Source: Balanoglossus misakiensis (lineage: Eukaryota > Animalia > Hemichordata). From it: a stretch of 64,000 nucleotides of DNA. Every line of letters starts with the position of its first letter. Position 1 is the first letter of the stretch. A program made the translations under genes and the position numbers. Shown here piece after piece: positions 52,261 to 64,000 of the stretch. The notes beneath the pieces are model-generated. The model ran no database searches and was not told the origin of the DNA. It saw only the letters and a program-made list of their open reading frames with translations. The stretch is taken from contig CM082582.2 in assembly GCA_040954595.2 (NCBI GenBank), forward strand, positions 10,593,483 to 10,657,482. The letters are read 5' to 3'.

Positions 52261-53909
52261 GGGAGCCGTCATTATTTATGGCCTGGGGGGGGTCGGAGGA
52301 ATGAAGGGGGGGGTTACTCAAAAATTGGAAGGCTGCAGGGGGGGGTTTCTCAAAAATTGTAGATGAAGAGGGGGGGTCACTCATTTTTGGGAAATGTATC
52401 AAAGTTTTTCAACTGAAAGATTTAGTTGTGTGCTGTGCAAGTGCTGCAGCGCTCCGCGACCTCCGGTCGCGGAACACCAGAGTGTCCACACTGCACTGTC
52501 AAAGTATTTTTCCCAAAATTTGCTGATAAAGGATTGGCATGCTTGCCTGATCATGCATAAAAAACATATCTCCTTATTATATCAACAAAGTTTGATAATC
52601 ATTTTGACTTTTAACGATGCCTGTCCAAATTACACAATGCTACTTGATGGTTACTGGTTATGGGTGAGCTTTTACGGTAATCATTATTTAGTTGTGACTT
52701 TGAGATTGTTTTGTTGTTTCACCCTTTTCAATCCATCATGATGCAACTGATGATCACCTACAATGTAGCAGGGTGAACCTGGAGTTGAAAGGTCTTTTAC
52801 TACACTACTGTAATAGTGAACACCTATTGCCTGGCCATGAGGGCCATAGCGGCCGTTTATTACACCCGAGGGGCTGTGAGTTACCAGAATCATATGCTAT
52901 TTCCCGAGGTCGTAGGCCGAGGGAAATAGCATATGATTCTGGTAACTCACAGTCACGAGGGGGTAAAAACGGCTGCTATGGCCCGAATATAGGCCAGGCT
53001 ATAGGTGTTTTATAATAAACCTCATGCTAACAGCTGGGAAAACCTTGCAATTTTCTCTTGAGGTTGGCAGACGACATCTTCAGTGGTGGCCATTGTGTCA
53101 GACGACGCAATGCTGATTGACGTGACCACGTTGGTCACGTGACCGGTTTATATTTTTTCTGCTATTTCCCTAGCGGTTCATCATGTTCATAGTCGATTCT
53201 ATTTTCCTATCACGTGACGGATTCTGGCGAATCACGGCACAGTATTAGCATGAGGTATATTATAATGATTTTTATAATATACCTCATGCTAATACTGTGT
53301 CGTGATTCGCCAGAATCCGTCACGTGATAGGAAAATAGAATCGACTATGAATCCCTCTAGGGAAATAGCAGAAAAAATATAGCCGGTCACGTGACCAGCG
53401 TGAGTGCGCAGACTCGGTCACGTCAATCGGTGTCGCGTCGTCTGACACAATGGCCACCGCTGAAGATGTCGTCTGCCAACCTCAAGAGAAAATTGCAAGA
53501 TTTTCCCAGCTGATAGCATGAGGTTTATTATAAAACACCTATAGCCTGGCCTATATTCGGGCCATAGCAGCCGTTTTTACCCCCTCGTGACTGTGAGTTA
53601 CCAGAACCATATGCTATTTCCCTCGGCCTGCGGCCTCGGGAAATAGCATATGATTCTGGTAACTCACAGCCCCTCGGGTGTAATAAACGGCCGCTATGGC
53701 CCTCATGGCCAGGCAATAGGTGTTCAATACAGATACATGTATTGATATGTAGTTGTTCCGGTTTTAGGGGGGGGCCAGTCGAAATTTCTGTGTTGGAAAG
53801 GGGGGGTTTCTCAAAATCTGCATGCTTGGCAGGGGGGGTTTCTCAAAATTTTGGAGTTTCTAGTGTAATTCCTCCGACCCCCCCCAGGCCGTAAATAATG
53901 ACGGCTCCC
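52261..53909. mobile_element. Non-autonomous TIR DNA transposon (MITE), PIF/Harbinger-like, interrupted by a nested palindromic insertion
   Basis: TIRs of about 42 bp: GGGAGCCGTCATTATTTATGGCCTGGGGGGGGTCGGAGGAAT and ATTCCTCCGACCCCCCCCAGGCCGTAAATAATGACGGCTCCC. TTA flanks both ends (52258-52260, 53910-53912). Subterminal G7-TTTCTCAAAA-like repeats at both ends; no transposase ORF. GGG termini with a TWA duplication are typical of PIF/Harbinger; Kolobok is not excluded. Confidence 0.85.
52817..53726. mobile_element. ~910-bp imperfect palindrome: two inverted copies of a ~450-bp hairpin-rich non-autonomous element (possibly Crypton-type)
   Basis: 52817-53265 is the near reverse complement of 53272-53726, with a 6-bp spacer TGATTT. 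Each arm has a ~195-bp internal hairpin and a second module bounded by TATAATAAACCTCATGCTAA...TTAGCATGAGGTATATTATA. The structure is seen directly; the family assignment is tentative. Confidence 0.8.
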
Positions 53910-56051
53910 TTAATATCTGACTGATGGCTTGAAGGCGTTGAATTGAGCCTTGAGCATAGATTTCACTTCTAGCATTGTACTCACCGTGGTTAATTTTGTT
54001 GAATTAAAGAATGTTGTTCTTGTGAATGGTTGATAAAATAAACTATGGGCAAGGCTTGCATTTTAAACATGAAATACGGAGCTGAAAGATACATCTGACG
54101 TCATGTGGCATAGTCCACAAATGAACCCGACTGTGTGAAATCTACAGTCGCACTCACTTTCTTTTAATCTTAATAGAAAGATGCCAATAATCGATTGATT
54201 TTGTGTTCAAGATGGATCAACACCGCCATCCGACAGTCTATGTCTCGGATAGTTCAAAGTACATCGACAATATGCATGCAGCATCTTCGCGACGTGCGCT
54301 CAGCAATTAATTTCATGCAAATTCACGACTAGCTTCTTATGCTTGGAGTAGTGAGGCAAAATGTCAGTAAAAAGGTCTTGTCCATACCTGTCAGACGAAT
54401 AATTCACCAGCAAAAGCATCATCCCGTCGGGCTGGAAGGGGCTGCCATATTGCCGGATTCAAACCGGCTTATCAAATTGGTTCGGATGGCTCATCAAAAA
54501 GCGAGTCTTCAAACACGCAGACTCGAGTCTCAGCCTGACTGAATAAGTTTTCATAATTTATTCACATTGCTAACGGGAAGGCAAAATATATTCCAACAAG
54601 CGTTCAATCACTACTGACACTGCAATATTTTTATCTCACACAAGCAGCATTATTCAAATTCAGTAATTTAAATACATTTGGCAGAATATAGCTCACAGGC
54701 ATCAAAAAAATTTCGAGAACAATTTTTTGGTTCGTTGTAAGAGAAAGAGAGAAAGTGGCCACTACAGTGACATCACTGTAGTGTTTTTTAGCATACATTA
54801 TTACAAATGAACGCAACTGAATATTTATACATATCGACATTACAAAACTTTGTTACATAAAAAATTCCACAAGATTAAGTAACAGACATGATTTGTGTAA
54901 TTTAAATCTAAATCTACATGATTTGATCTTTGTTAAATTGTGTAAAAGTTTCTTTGGGGAAATAAAAAATTAACCCATTGTGGTCGAAATTTCTGGAAAG
55001 AGTTAAAGTCTATCACACTCTCTGAGTTGCCGTATTACTAAGTACAAAACGTTGTTTTAAAAAACTTCAAAAGACCAGCCTCTGCTCAGCTTGAACAAAT
55101 CAATTCCATGATATGTCTTTCCCCTAGATAAAAATACAAGATGTATTGAAGGTGGTTGTTTCATACAAGTTTATCAAACGCCTGATGACTGGATTTAAGT
55201 TACTCTTAATACCTTTGAACCTTGACCCCTTGTGACCTCTGACATCATCTCATCTAATATTCATGTCATGAAAACGAAAAATTGGTAAATGCACACAGGA
55301 TGTGAGACAACCTTTTTCTTTCAGCCTCAATTGGTTTCATTAAACACTCAAAAACATTAAGTCAAAATTATTACAAAAAAAACACAGCAACAAAATATAA
55401 CTTAAATTCTAAATAAATACACTGCAAAAATAAAATATATAACATTGGAAAGTCTGAGTAAAGTTCACTGTGTACAGTACTTTTACAAAAAATGATACAT
55501 TTTTACACATAACGTCTAAACATGATCCACCTACAAGTTAGTTTTTGTTTCAAATTTTGCTCCAATATTAAGATATTATTAATGGAAAAATATTAAAATT
55601 AGCTAATGCGCTCATCTCCAACTATCCCTGTCACCAATAGAAAATTGTCAATCAACTTGTTAAAATGCTAAGCTATAAGCATATTATTGAAGTACAGCTA
55701 CACACTGATAATCTAACACCTTGGATTGAAAAGTATGAGTATTTTTTAAATCTTACCTACATTTAGTCATTAAGTTTAATCTGACGGAAAATGTCATGTG
55801 ACAAACTTGAACATTTATTTCTGCTAGGCTCAAAGCATTCTACAGAAAAGAACGGGATTGTTTGCAAAATCTCAATCTTTAAAAAAAATATCACAAAAAT
55901 TATGAGTAAAATTTCAATCTCTTGTGGAATCCGATAGTTGATCCAAGCAAGGAGTTCTGGGTCATCCTCCTCCCAAAAGTTAATACCAGCCTCTTTCAAG
56001 GCAATCAATCTACTCTCAGCATCTTCTCCTTGACATGGTGGCATTGTCTTG

Positions 56052-58852
56052 CTACACACTCTGAGCACCAGAGGGTACGTCACTAACATCCGGGGGAACT
56101 TCTCCTGCAACTTTCACCTGTAAAAAAGAAGAGTATAGAGTTTCAGCTGGCAAACATCAAAAAAATGTTGTTGTTTTGTATAAACACGATTTCATAAATA
56201 TAAATTCCCATACATGTATCAGCAAAACATAATCCAAACAAGACATCTTCCTACTCAAATAAAAAAAAATCTCACCATGGCTCCACTAGGTGTTCTCACA
56301 ACTTCGGATTTTTGTTTCTTTGAGAAACGTTTCTTCAGCAGACCGTCACCAGCACTGTCAGTTTCATCAATCCTGTCACCGGCTGTTGCCGCGGCGATTG
56401 GTTTCTCGGGGTCCTTCCCGTCTGTCCCCGGTTGCTCAGTCGCCGCCATCGGTTTCATCTCTGTATGTTCACCTTCCTCGTTTTCCGGTTCGACGGTGCT
56501 GTTTCTTCCAAAACTGAAGAGGTGGCCGGGCACGGCGATGATGAAATCCTTGGTCTTCAATCTGTGTCAATACAGATTCGGTGAATTTTGACCAATCCCG
56601 GTGTTCTCTTAGGGGAGTATTGACCTATTTCTATTGTTTTATCAGTATTAAACTCTATATGCTTTACCTGTGGACATACAGCTACATGTACATGTCCTTC
56701 AAATAAGACTCCATTCTACAGATTTATGAAATTGATCTTGCAATATGACAAATCGGAGTGTTCTTTTAACTATGGGGTAAAAAGGGGTAAAACAGACGTA
56801 TGCTATTGCTCGGGAGTTTAGTGACCAACAGAGTACATGCACTGCAGTGGAAGACTTACATAACTTCATAAGTGGATCCAAACAGCCAGCCAGAACCCAG
56901 TATCTTTCTCTTTGCGGTTGTCTCAGTGAAGGGCAGCTCAAACTCCTTGATTCCCCAGTGAGCATCTTTCTCGATGGTTGGAATCTTGTCGCACAAATCA
57001 TCGACGATCAACAGCCCAACCTGTGACGTAGGAAAACACACAAGAAAATGCTGACAGTGCATCTTTAAAGATAAAACAAAGCTTTGAAATGAAGCTGCCT
57101 GCATGGGCTGTATTCGGTTGACAGGATTTGTGTGTGTGTGTCTGTGTATATCTTTGTCTCTTACCTGATAGCTTCTGTCAATGATGAAATTCAACTCAAA
57201 ATCATCATCATCATCGCCGTACGGGTTGATTATGGCTTCTGCGACCTGGAAGAACAACAAAGGTCACGATTTGTAATTCTGTGGTGATTTAAAACACGCA
57301 TACTATACATACATGTATCTTCAATTCACAGCCATAAAACTTTTCTTGTACACTCGCATGACAACTTACCTTGAGCCAACCAAAGTAAAAGAAAAATTCC
57401 AAAAAGGTGAGCACCGGGAAGTAGAAATCCACGGGGAATTGCTCGTTGACATTGGCTGCAGAGGAGTTCAGGAACTGGTCGGCGAATAACTTGGCCAGGA
57501 AGTATGTGTATGTTGCTATGGTAACAACCTGAAAGAAAGGGGACAGTTTATCATGAATTAAGGTCTACTAGAGTATACAGTTTGTGTTAACTCTCATTGT
57601 GTCATGGGTCCCATGGAAACACCAGCAAATTTTCACAAACAAACTGACCTGACTGTAGACCAGAGGCACACTTATCCAATCATAGTCCAGGACACCGCCA
57701 CAAGAACCTCTATGCGCTTGTATTCTCTGTGAGAAAACATAGTGAATGCAACGGAAGCATGGGTGATTCAAGGAAGTGCATTTTTGAGGTAATTTTGACC
57801 ATAATGTTAACAGTAAAAATTATTCGGTGATGGTTGATGACATATGCGGCTTCTGCACAAAAAATATCACACTCACCTCCAAGAGCATATTCTGGGTGAT
57901 ATCATCCTTGATCTTCCCCTCGTCCCTCAGTCGAGTCACCAGATTACAAGCCCAAGTGATGGGCAGCCAGTACTTGGTGTATGGTGTCTTCAGGTTTTCA
58001 TAGAGCTTGCGTTCCTCTTTTGTCATCAGACCTGGAACACAGTGTGTAGCCATCGTTATTCAGTACATAAAGATGTAAATTGTGTGGAACGCTATTGCTG
58101 TATGTGTCATGGAGATTGACAATTGTTGCAAGATGGCCGAAAGGTGACACAAGTGAGTTAACCTACCTGCATTGACCAGATGGCCAATAGTTGGAAACCG
58201 CTTCAGCACGGGCACAGACACGGAAGTGAAGACAATAGTTGTGGTGAGATTCAGCCAACGAATGAGCGTTCTACGGCATTTGCGTGTCTCCTCGTCGTCT
58301 CCCCTGATGTGAGCGGCGATCAGCTGGGCGACTGAATCCGTCCAGGGAATCGCCCTATATGCACCCCACCATCGACCAATCACTACGCTGACGTAGAAAC
58401 CCAGAATAAAACTCAACGGAATGATACCAAGCAGACGGTCTTTGAAGAAGAAACAGATCTGAGGGGAGAAAATATTTGAAAACTGTGATTAAAATCACCT
58501 TTTAATCTTGTTTAGAGGATGCTCCCATGAGGTTACTTGCTATTCTTAGCAAACATTAATTTATTTGCATAAATTATCCGATTTGTGTATATATTTGCAT
58601 GATTCATACAATTGTGTTTTTGCATGTATTTGCATAATTAAACAAACGGTCATGACCTACCATTTCAAATGTCTCTGCCTGCTGATTGGTCAGGGCAAAT
58701 CTGTAGATAACTGACAGTAAGTAGTATAGCACGAGAAAGACAAACAGTTCTTTCCATATCAGCTTGTAGATGCTGCCCTTCCACATGAACAGCAGACGAG
58801 AGAATGAACCAAAAGTGGCATTTGAAACCTTCAGTGAGTAGGTTACAGTCAT
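56052..58852 (-). CDS. Bestrophin family anion channel, paralog B
   Basis: Exons 58852-58661, 58458-58167, 58031-57877, 57726-57649, 57528-57370, 57245-57165, 57020-56860, 56561-56276, 56117-56052. Motifs [48 protein letters not shown]; ends PSGAQSV*. Confidence 0.93.
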
Positions 58853-59798
58853 CTTGCTTGCTTCAAAGATCTACAGCAAGAGTACAAACCTACAAAAAAT
58901 TAATAATGCAATTGTCAACGTCATTATTTATTTAAAACCATACATTTAACAAATAATTAAATGTTAAATTGGAAATAAAATTCATAAAGCATGAACGTGG
59001 CATGAAAAGTTATGCAAGCTCAAAGTGCAGTTTGTTTGGTTTCGTTGTTCATTTCATTTCCCTGAATAGCATTTAGCCATGTCGGTTGCTACGCAGAACA
59101 AAAACATTGAAAAAGTGGTCTCCCAAAAAAACACCTCGAGTCCTTTCCATCCTTTTATTGTCTGCAAACGCGAACTATTGTTATAGAAATGACAATTGCA
59201 TTCTTCAGACAATAATACCGAGGTGGAAGGTCACAAGAAGGTCAAGCACCCCTCCCCCCCCCTTTCCAAGGCCACTGAACCTGTTGTCAAAATGGCGTAT
59301 CTCTCGAACATTGTTCGTATATTCAATTCGTAATTGTCGCGAAGAGTAGGCTAAGGATTTGAAGCTAATGCTCTGATGGTCAGGCATTCATATGAATTGT
59401 AACAGGTGCGGAAACCGTCGCTATGCGAGGCCTCAGCGATGCAACCCGAAAAAGATATTCCAGATCTTTTTCGGAGACATATCTCGACGGAGAGAGTGGG
59501 TTAGATACAAAGGGGTTATTTGACTACGAGAGATAAATGTGAAAGCTATGTTATTACCGCAAGTCTCCGTCAGATCTGGCAGGACGCAGGGTGGGTCCGA
59601 TCGACCTTCAAGAGCTTCTATTTCCCGTCCGTCTACTGCTTGTTGACCTCCCAATGACAACACATGTATTTATATCACATATGTTTATGTCTGTATTATT
59701 TTGTTGTCCGCCACCAACGGTCAGAAGGGTGATACGCGAACCCTGTCGTTTATTTCACTTTCACTAATTCAGTTCTTTCAATTAACGAAATTTATTGC

Positions 59799-62321
59799 TT
59801 AAGGTATAAGGCTTCCAATAGAATAAATCACTTTAAAATACAGTAAAATTTGGCGTTGATTTTGAATTTAGTCTTTGATACTATACATACGTGTGCTCAC
59901 TTGATGAAAGCAAAACTCAAAGCTTACATCTGTCATCAAAGTCCATTTCACCTTCATCAATGAATTCAGTGACTGTCTCCAAGGGCGATGGAGACAGAAG
60001 TGTTTCTTCCTGTTGCCTGGCGTCATCAACTCCATCCCTTTCAGTGGTGTCTTCATTACCCCCACCCCTGTCATGTGTATATGTTGATCTATCCCATCTT
60101 GGTCTCTCCTCATTAACCCTTTGTATATTTCCTCTCGCGCCAGCCAAAGAAACTTCAGAATCATTTTCAATCTGAACCTCGTCTTCAGATGTCAGCGGCA
60201 GCTGATCCTCCTCAATAAAGTCCTCTGAGCGAATTCTACAAGATACAATGGAAACCAAAGTAATTTGACTTATCTTTCTAGCTTCATCTACTTTCTCTCT
60301 AAAACGCTCACAAAAAATTTGTCATGTTAACACAACCTCCACAATCTACAACTATCACTTACTTGGCCACTCGATTTGTTGAGCCATACCACGCCCTCCT
60401 CTTCTTGTACTTCATGGATGACTTGGTGTAAGGCAGTTCAACTATTAGCTTGTCCCAATTTTTGTCTTTTACCAAACCTGGCATCTGTCCATGTAACTTA
60501 TCAACTATCGAGAAACCAACCTGAAGAAATATGTGGAATTCTAGCTTCAGTTTCATTGCAAATAAATCTTGCATATGAATGAAAAAAAAAGTAGAGTAAG
60601 TGCATTCAAGAATGGATGGGACATGTACACTGGAGTAAAGACACAATGTGCAATCACCTGTACATTTCTGTCGATGATGTAATTCAGTTCAAAATCGTCG
60701 TCATCTGCACCGTAGGGATTCAGAATTGCTTGTGCCACCTGAAACAGAAAGGAATCACCATAAATGATTTGACAACACTCTTGGCCCTTTACAAATAAAC
60801 AGACAAATGCCATGTGAAGTAATGTTCATACCTTCAGCCATCCGAAGTAGAAGAAAAATTCCAGAGTTGCTAGGATTGGAAAATACAGATCCACTCTGTA
60901 ACTTTCATAGCCTTTATCTGGGTCCAGAAACTGTCTACCAAAGACACTGGATACAAAGTACGAAAAACAAGCTATGGTTACAACCTGTAATTTGAAAAAA
61001 AAAGGATGCAAGGTTATATCACGCATAAATGCTTGACTGGTTATCTGTGGCCTATACAATCATTCAGTCTATGCAATACTTGCTCAAATAAAGTTTTCGG
61101 TATATTTAAGGTAATGCTGCCAAGACATGTCTATTCCATAGTGATTTAAAACTTACCTGTGTATAGACTAATGGAACGCTGATCCAGTCATAAGACATCA
61201 TATCTTGACAATGCTGTCTGTGTGCTTGTATCCTCTGAGATGGAAAAGAATATCACATATTAATATACAGGGTGACTATACAGATGGCTTTTTTTTTCCT
61301 GACTGGCTATATTGTATAAACGTCTGACAATAAACCATTTTTAATTACCTCCAGTAAATATCTGTGACAGAGATCTGTCTGGATTCGACCTTCTTGTCTC
61401 AGCTTTGACACAAGGTTGCATGCCCAGAGACATGGCAACCAGAACTTGGTGTGGGGGGTAGGTAGCTCTTCAAACTTCTTGTATTCCTCTTCAGTCAGCA
61501 GACCTGCATGAAGAAGATGTTTGAATGTTGGAAATCTCTGCAACACAGGTATGGACACTGCCCTCAACACCACGACGGTGGTGATGTTCAGCCATCGCAC
61601 CAGGGAGCGTCGCACAATGCGGCCTCGCTCATCATCGCCATGCACGTTACTGGCGACCAGCTGGGCAAATTCATCAATCCAGGGTACAGACATGTACATA
61701 TTCCACCAGCGTCCAACCACCAGGGCCACATAGAAACCGAGAATGAAGCTCAGGGGAATAATGCTCAGCCCTTCTCTTGCATACATGCAGATCTGTTGAT
61801 AAAGACACACAGGATGATGCAAATTAATAACTTTTTATGGCTATGTTTGACTTCAACCATTTTAACTACAGGTTATTTGTTATTCCTACAAGTATGGGTG
61901 TGCTATTGTGCATATGTATATACATGTAGTACATCTATCACTGTGGCATATATTACATCTATGCTACATACAGAGTTGATGACAGCTAGTTTTATAAAAC
62001 CCCAACAACACAACCAAAAATATGTCAAAGTGATACCCCTTTAACAGGAATTTTCACTGAGTATGAATACTGTTATAGTATTATATCCACAATATACCAC
62101 ACACATAATGTCACACCACAAGAACTCACATTTTCGAACACTTGTTTCTGTTCATCGTTGAGGGCGAGTCGATAGATGAGTCCCAGAGAGTAGTAGCAGA
62201 CGAGGAAGAGGGTAACCTCTTGCCACAACAGTTTGTAAATACTGCCTCTCCATACCACCAGCAGACGTGTAAAACTGAAGAACTTCGCCTCAGACACCCG
62301 TAGTGAGTAACTGACGGTCAT
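59799..62321 (-). CDS. Bestrophin family anion channel, paralog C
   Basis: Exons 62321-62130, 61792-61349, 61234-61157, 60984-60832, 60738-60658, 60520-60363, 60235-59928 and probably 59830-59799 (stop followed immediately by AATAAA; otherwise read-through stop at 59917). Motifs [47 protein letters not shown]. Confidence 0.92.
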
Positions 62322-62986
62322 TGTGGAAATCGTCTCTCGCCGTTGCTGTGGTTAGACAGGAATGTACCTGCAGGCTGCACACACAATACAAATGTTTACA
62401 AAGTGATTCATTGCCCGATCACAACTGAACTCCTCTCAGGCGAGATATAGAGTCACACGGCCGGTGATCAAATCAGGTTTTTCTTCTATCATGCGCCGAT
62501 ATCACCTTACAAAACGTTGCAGTAAATTTACCGTTCCAAAATGTCAATTATCACCGCCTGTGTCACGCAATTCGCCAAGTAAATCAATCACTGTGAATCT
62601 GTCGACTGCTACACTTAACCTCTGACCTTAGTACATAACGTAAAAGGGTATGTCAGCTTGTCAGCGTCACCTTGCGACATGTTACGGCTCATAGTGCCCG
62701 CTTAATTGAACAGTTATTGATAATGTCAGTACAATATTCAATATTTTGAATTTTCTCCATCATTATGAAAATTGTTTTAACCAATTATCAGATTCCTCGC
62801 AACAGAGCGAGTTTATTGTCGTCAATGCATACCTTCTTACGGCACAATAATAGTTTTCGTTCTGTGATCGATTTCACATGCATGTAGTCTTGAGATTCAC
62901 GACAAATATTGTATTTCCCGGGGCCGATGGGTGATAGATGTACATTGCCTTGGTTACAGAGTTGATATAGAGTGTATTTCCCAAAT

Positions 62987-63941
62987 ATGGAGCAAATTGG
63001 CAAAAGACTGGGAGCATTAACAGTTCGTGATCTGTGGCTTGTTGTGGTGTGTGCCATCGCCGTTTATTTACTGCGGGTTCGTGACAAATACACATTGCAA
63101 CCAGTATGGAGGTTAGATGTTGATACGTCAGGCTACGAAAATCAAGAATACGCGAAAGAATGGGAACAACTGTAAGTGTGTACTATCCATGATGTCGCCC
63201 CAATCACTTTACCAATATTGGATAAATTGATTGAAGTTGTTGTTTATGTTGTGTGGCCACGCCCACCACCACTACGACGATGATCATCCATCTCACATTT
63301 GAGTTTGTCATATTTTTCCCTTTCAGTCCTCCGCCCCTAATCACTGACATCGAGAGTGATGGAATTAATGGTAAGCAGAACACCAGGATTTTAATGTCAG
63401 AATAGTTTTGAAAGAAAAATTTTAACATTCTAAACATTGTGGCAATGCCAGCCATCATCATAATGTCACAGAAATAAAAAAGATGTCCAAGTGATGGAAA
63501 TTTTCACCCATTATACCTCAACAGAAATTGTCTTTGCTACCAGAGAACCCAAAATCAAAATTGCTGTTTCACCCCAGCCCAAGGGAACTTCAGTAATGCT
63601 ACCCTATCTCGAGATCCAGCATGAGGCTTCATTGAAAAGGCAAACCGCTCGCACTGGACAACCAGTTGCCATAGCAACAGGATATCTCGTGGAGTATCAA
63701 TCAATGCTTCAAATTCGAAAACAGGTTTGGAATTTAATACAGACCAGTTAACATTATTTTTCAACTTCAACTCACAGCAGCCAAGTAGAGTTGGCCAATG
63801 CAAAAACATTTCTTCTTTGTTATTTTTACAGGTGATAGTAGTTCTGACTGAGGATTGGTCAGTTCTGTGTTTTGACAGCCAGTTGAAATTACTCTGGGAA
63901 AACAAACTAGTAGACGGCCTTCATCCAAAATATTACATCAA
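62987..63941 (+). CDS. FG-GAP repeat-containing protein, NERD1/At3g51050-like (5' part; continues beyond the window)
   Basis: Exons 62987-63171, 63327-63370, 63525-63724, 63832-63941, phase-compatible. N-terminal hydrophobic segment RDLWLVVVCAIAVYLL, LPPPLITDIESDGINEIVFAT (FG-GAP-like loop), PVAIATG and KQVIVVLTEDWSVLCFDSQLKLLWE resemble, from memory, the plant NERD1 N-terminus. Confidence 0.75.
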
Positions 63942-64000
63942 GTAAGTAATCTTACATACTGTGAAAGACCAGTCAGAGTTTATAGTGTAGGAGTGGGAAA

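Noticed and set aside
52773-53716. Near-identical ORFs on opposite strands (PGHEGHSGRLL...)
   Set aside because: A by-product of the palindrome arms; no coding signature or transposase motif.
52817-53726. Palindrome as a fold-back sequencing or assembly artefact
   Set aside because: The arms differ at several substitutions and indels, and the surrounding MITE ends and TTA duplication are intact.
55763-56110. 115-aa minus-strand ORF
   Set aside because: It overlaps the last exon and 3' UTR of bestrophin B in another frame; phase 0 from the preceding exon gives VKVAGE...QSV* instead.

Overview
Eukaryotic genomic DNA with GT-AG introns, from an animal that is probably a marine invertebrate bilaterian; the species cannot be determined from the sequence. 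Left to right: (1) a minus-strand gene running off the left edge whose phase-compatible exons predict signal peptide + acidic propeptide + EF-hand pair + RGM (repulsive guidance molecule)-like N-terminal domain + the start of a vWD-like domain; (2) a complete 23-exon P4-ATPase flippase, ATP9B-like, on the + strand with two candidate first exons; (3) three tandem minus-strand bestrophin genes, the leftmost of which has its second coding intron (27783-51312) almost entirely filled by about 270 copies of an 87-bp satellite with higher-order structure; (4) upstream of that gene, a TTA-flanked PIF/Harbinger-like MITE containing a nested ~910-bp palindrome made of two inverted hairpin-rich elements; (5) the 5' end of an FG-GAP/NERD1-like gene, head-to-head with the bestrophin cluster. 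The very long repetitive ORFs in the ORF track are translations of the satellite and are not considered genes. All exon coordinates were derived by hand from splice signals and reading-frame phase. Family assignments rest on remembered motifs, not database searches.
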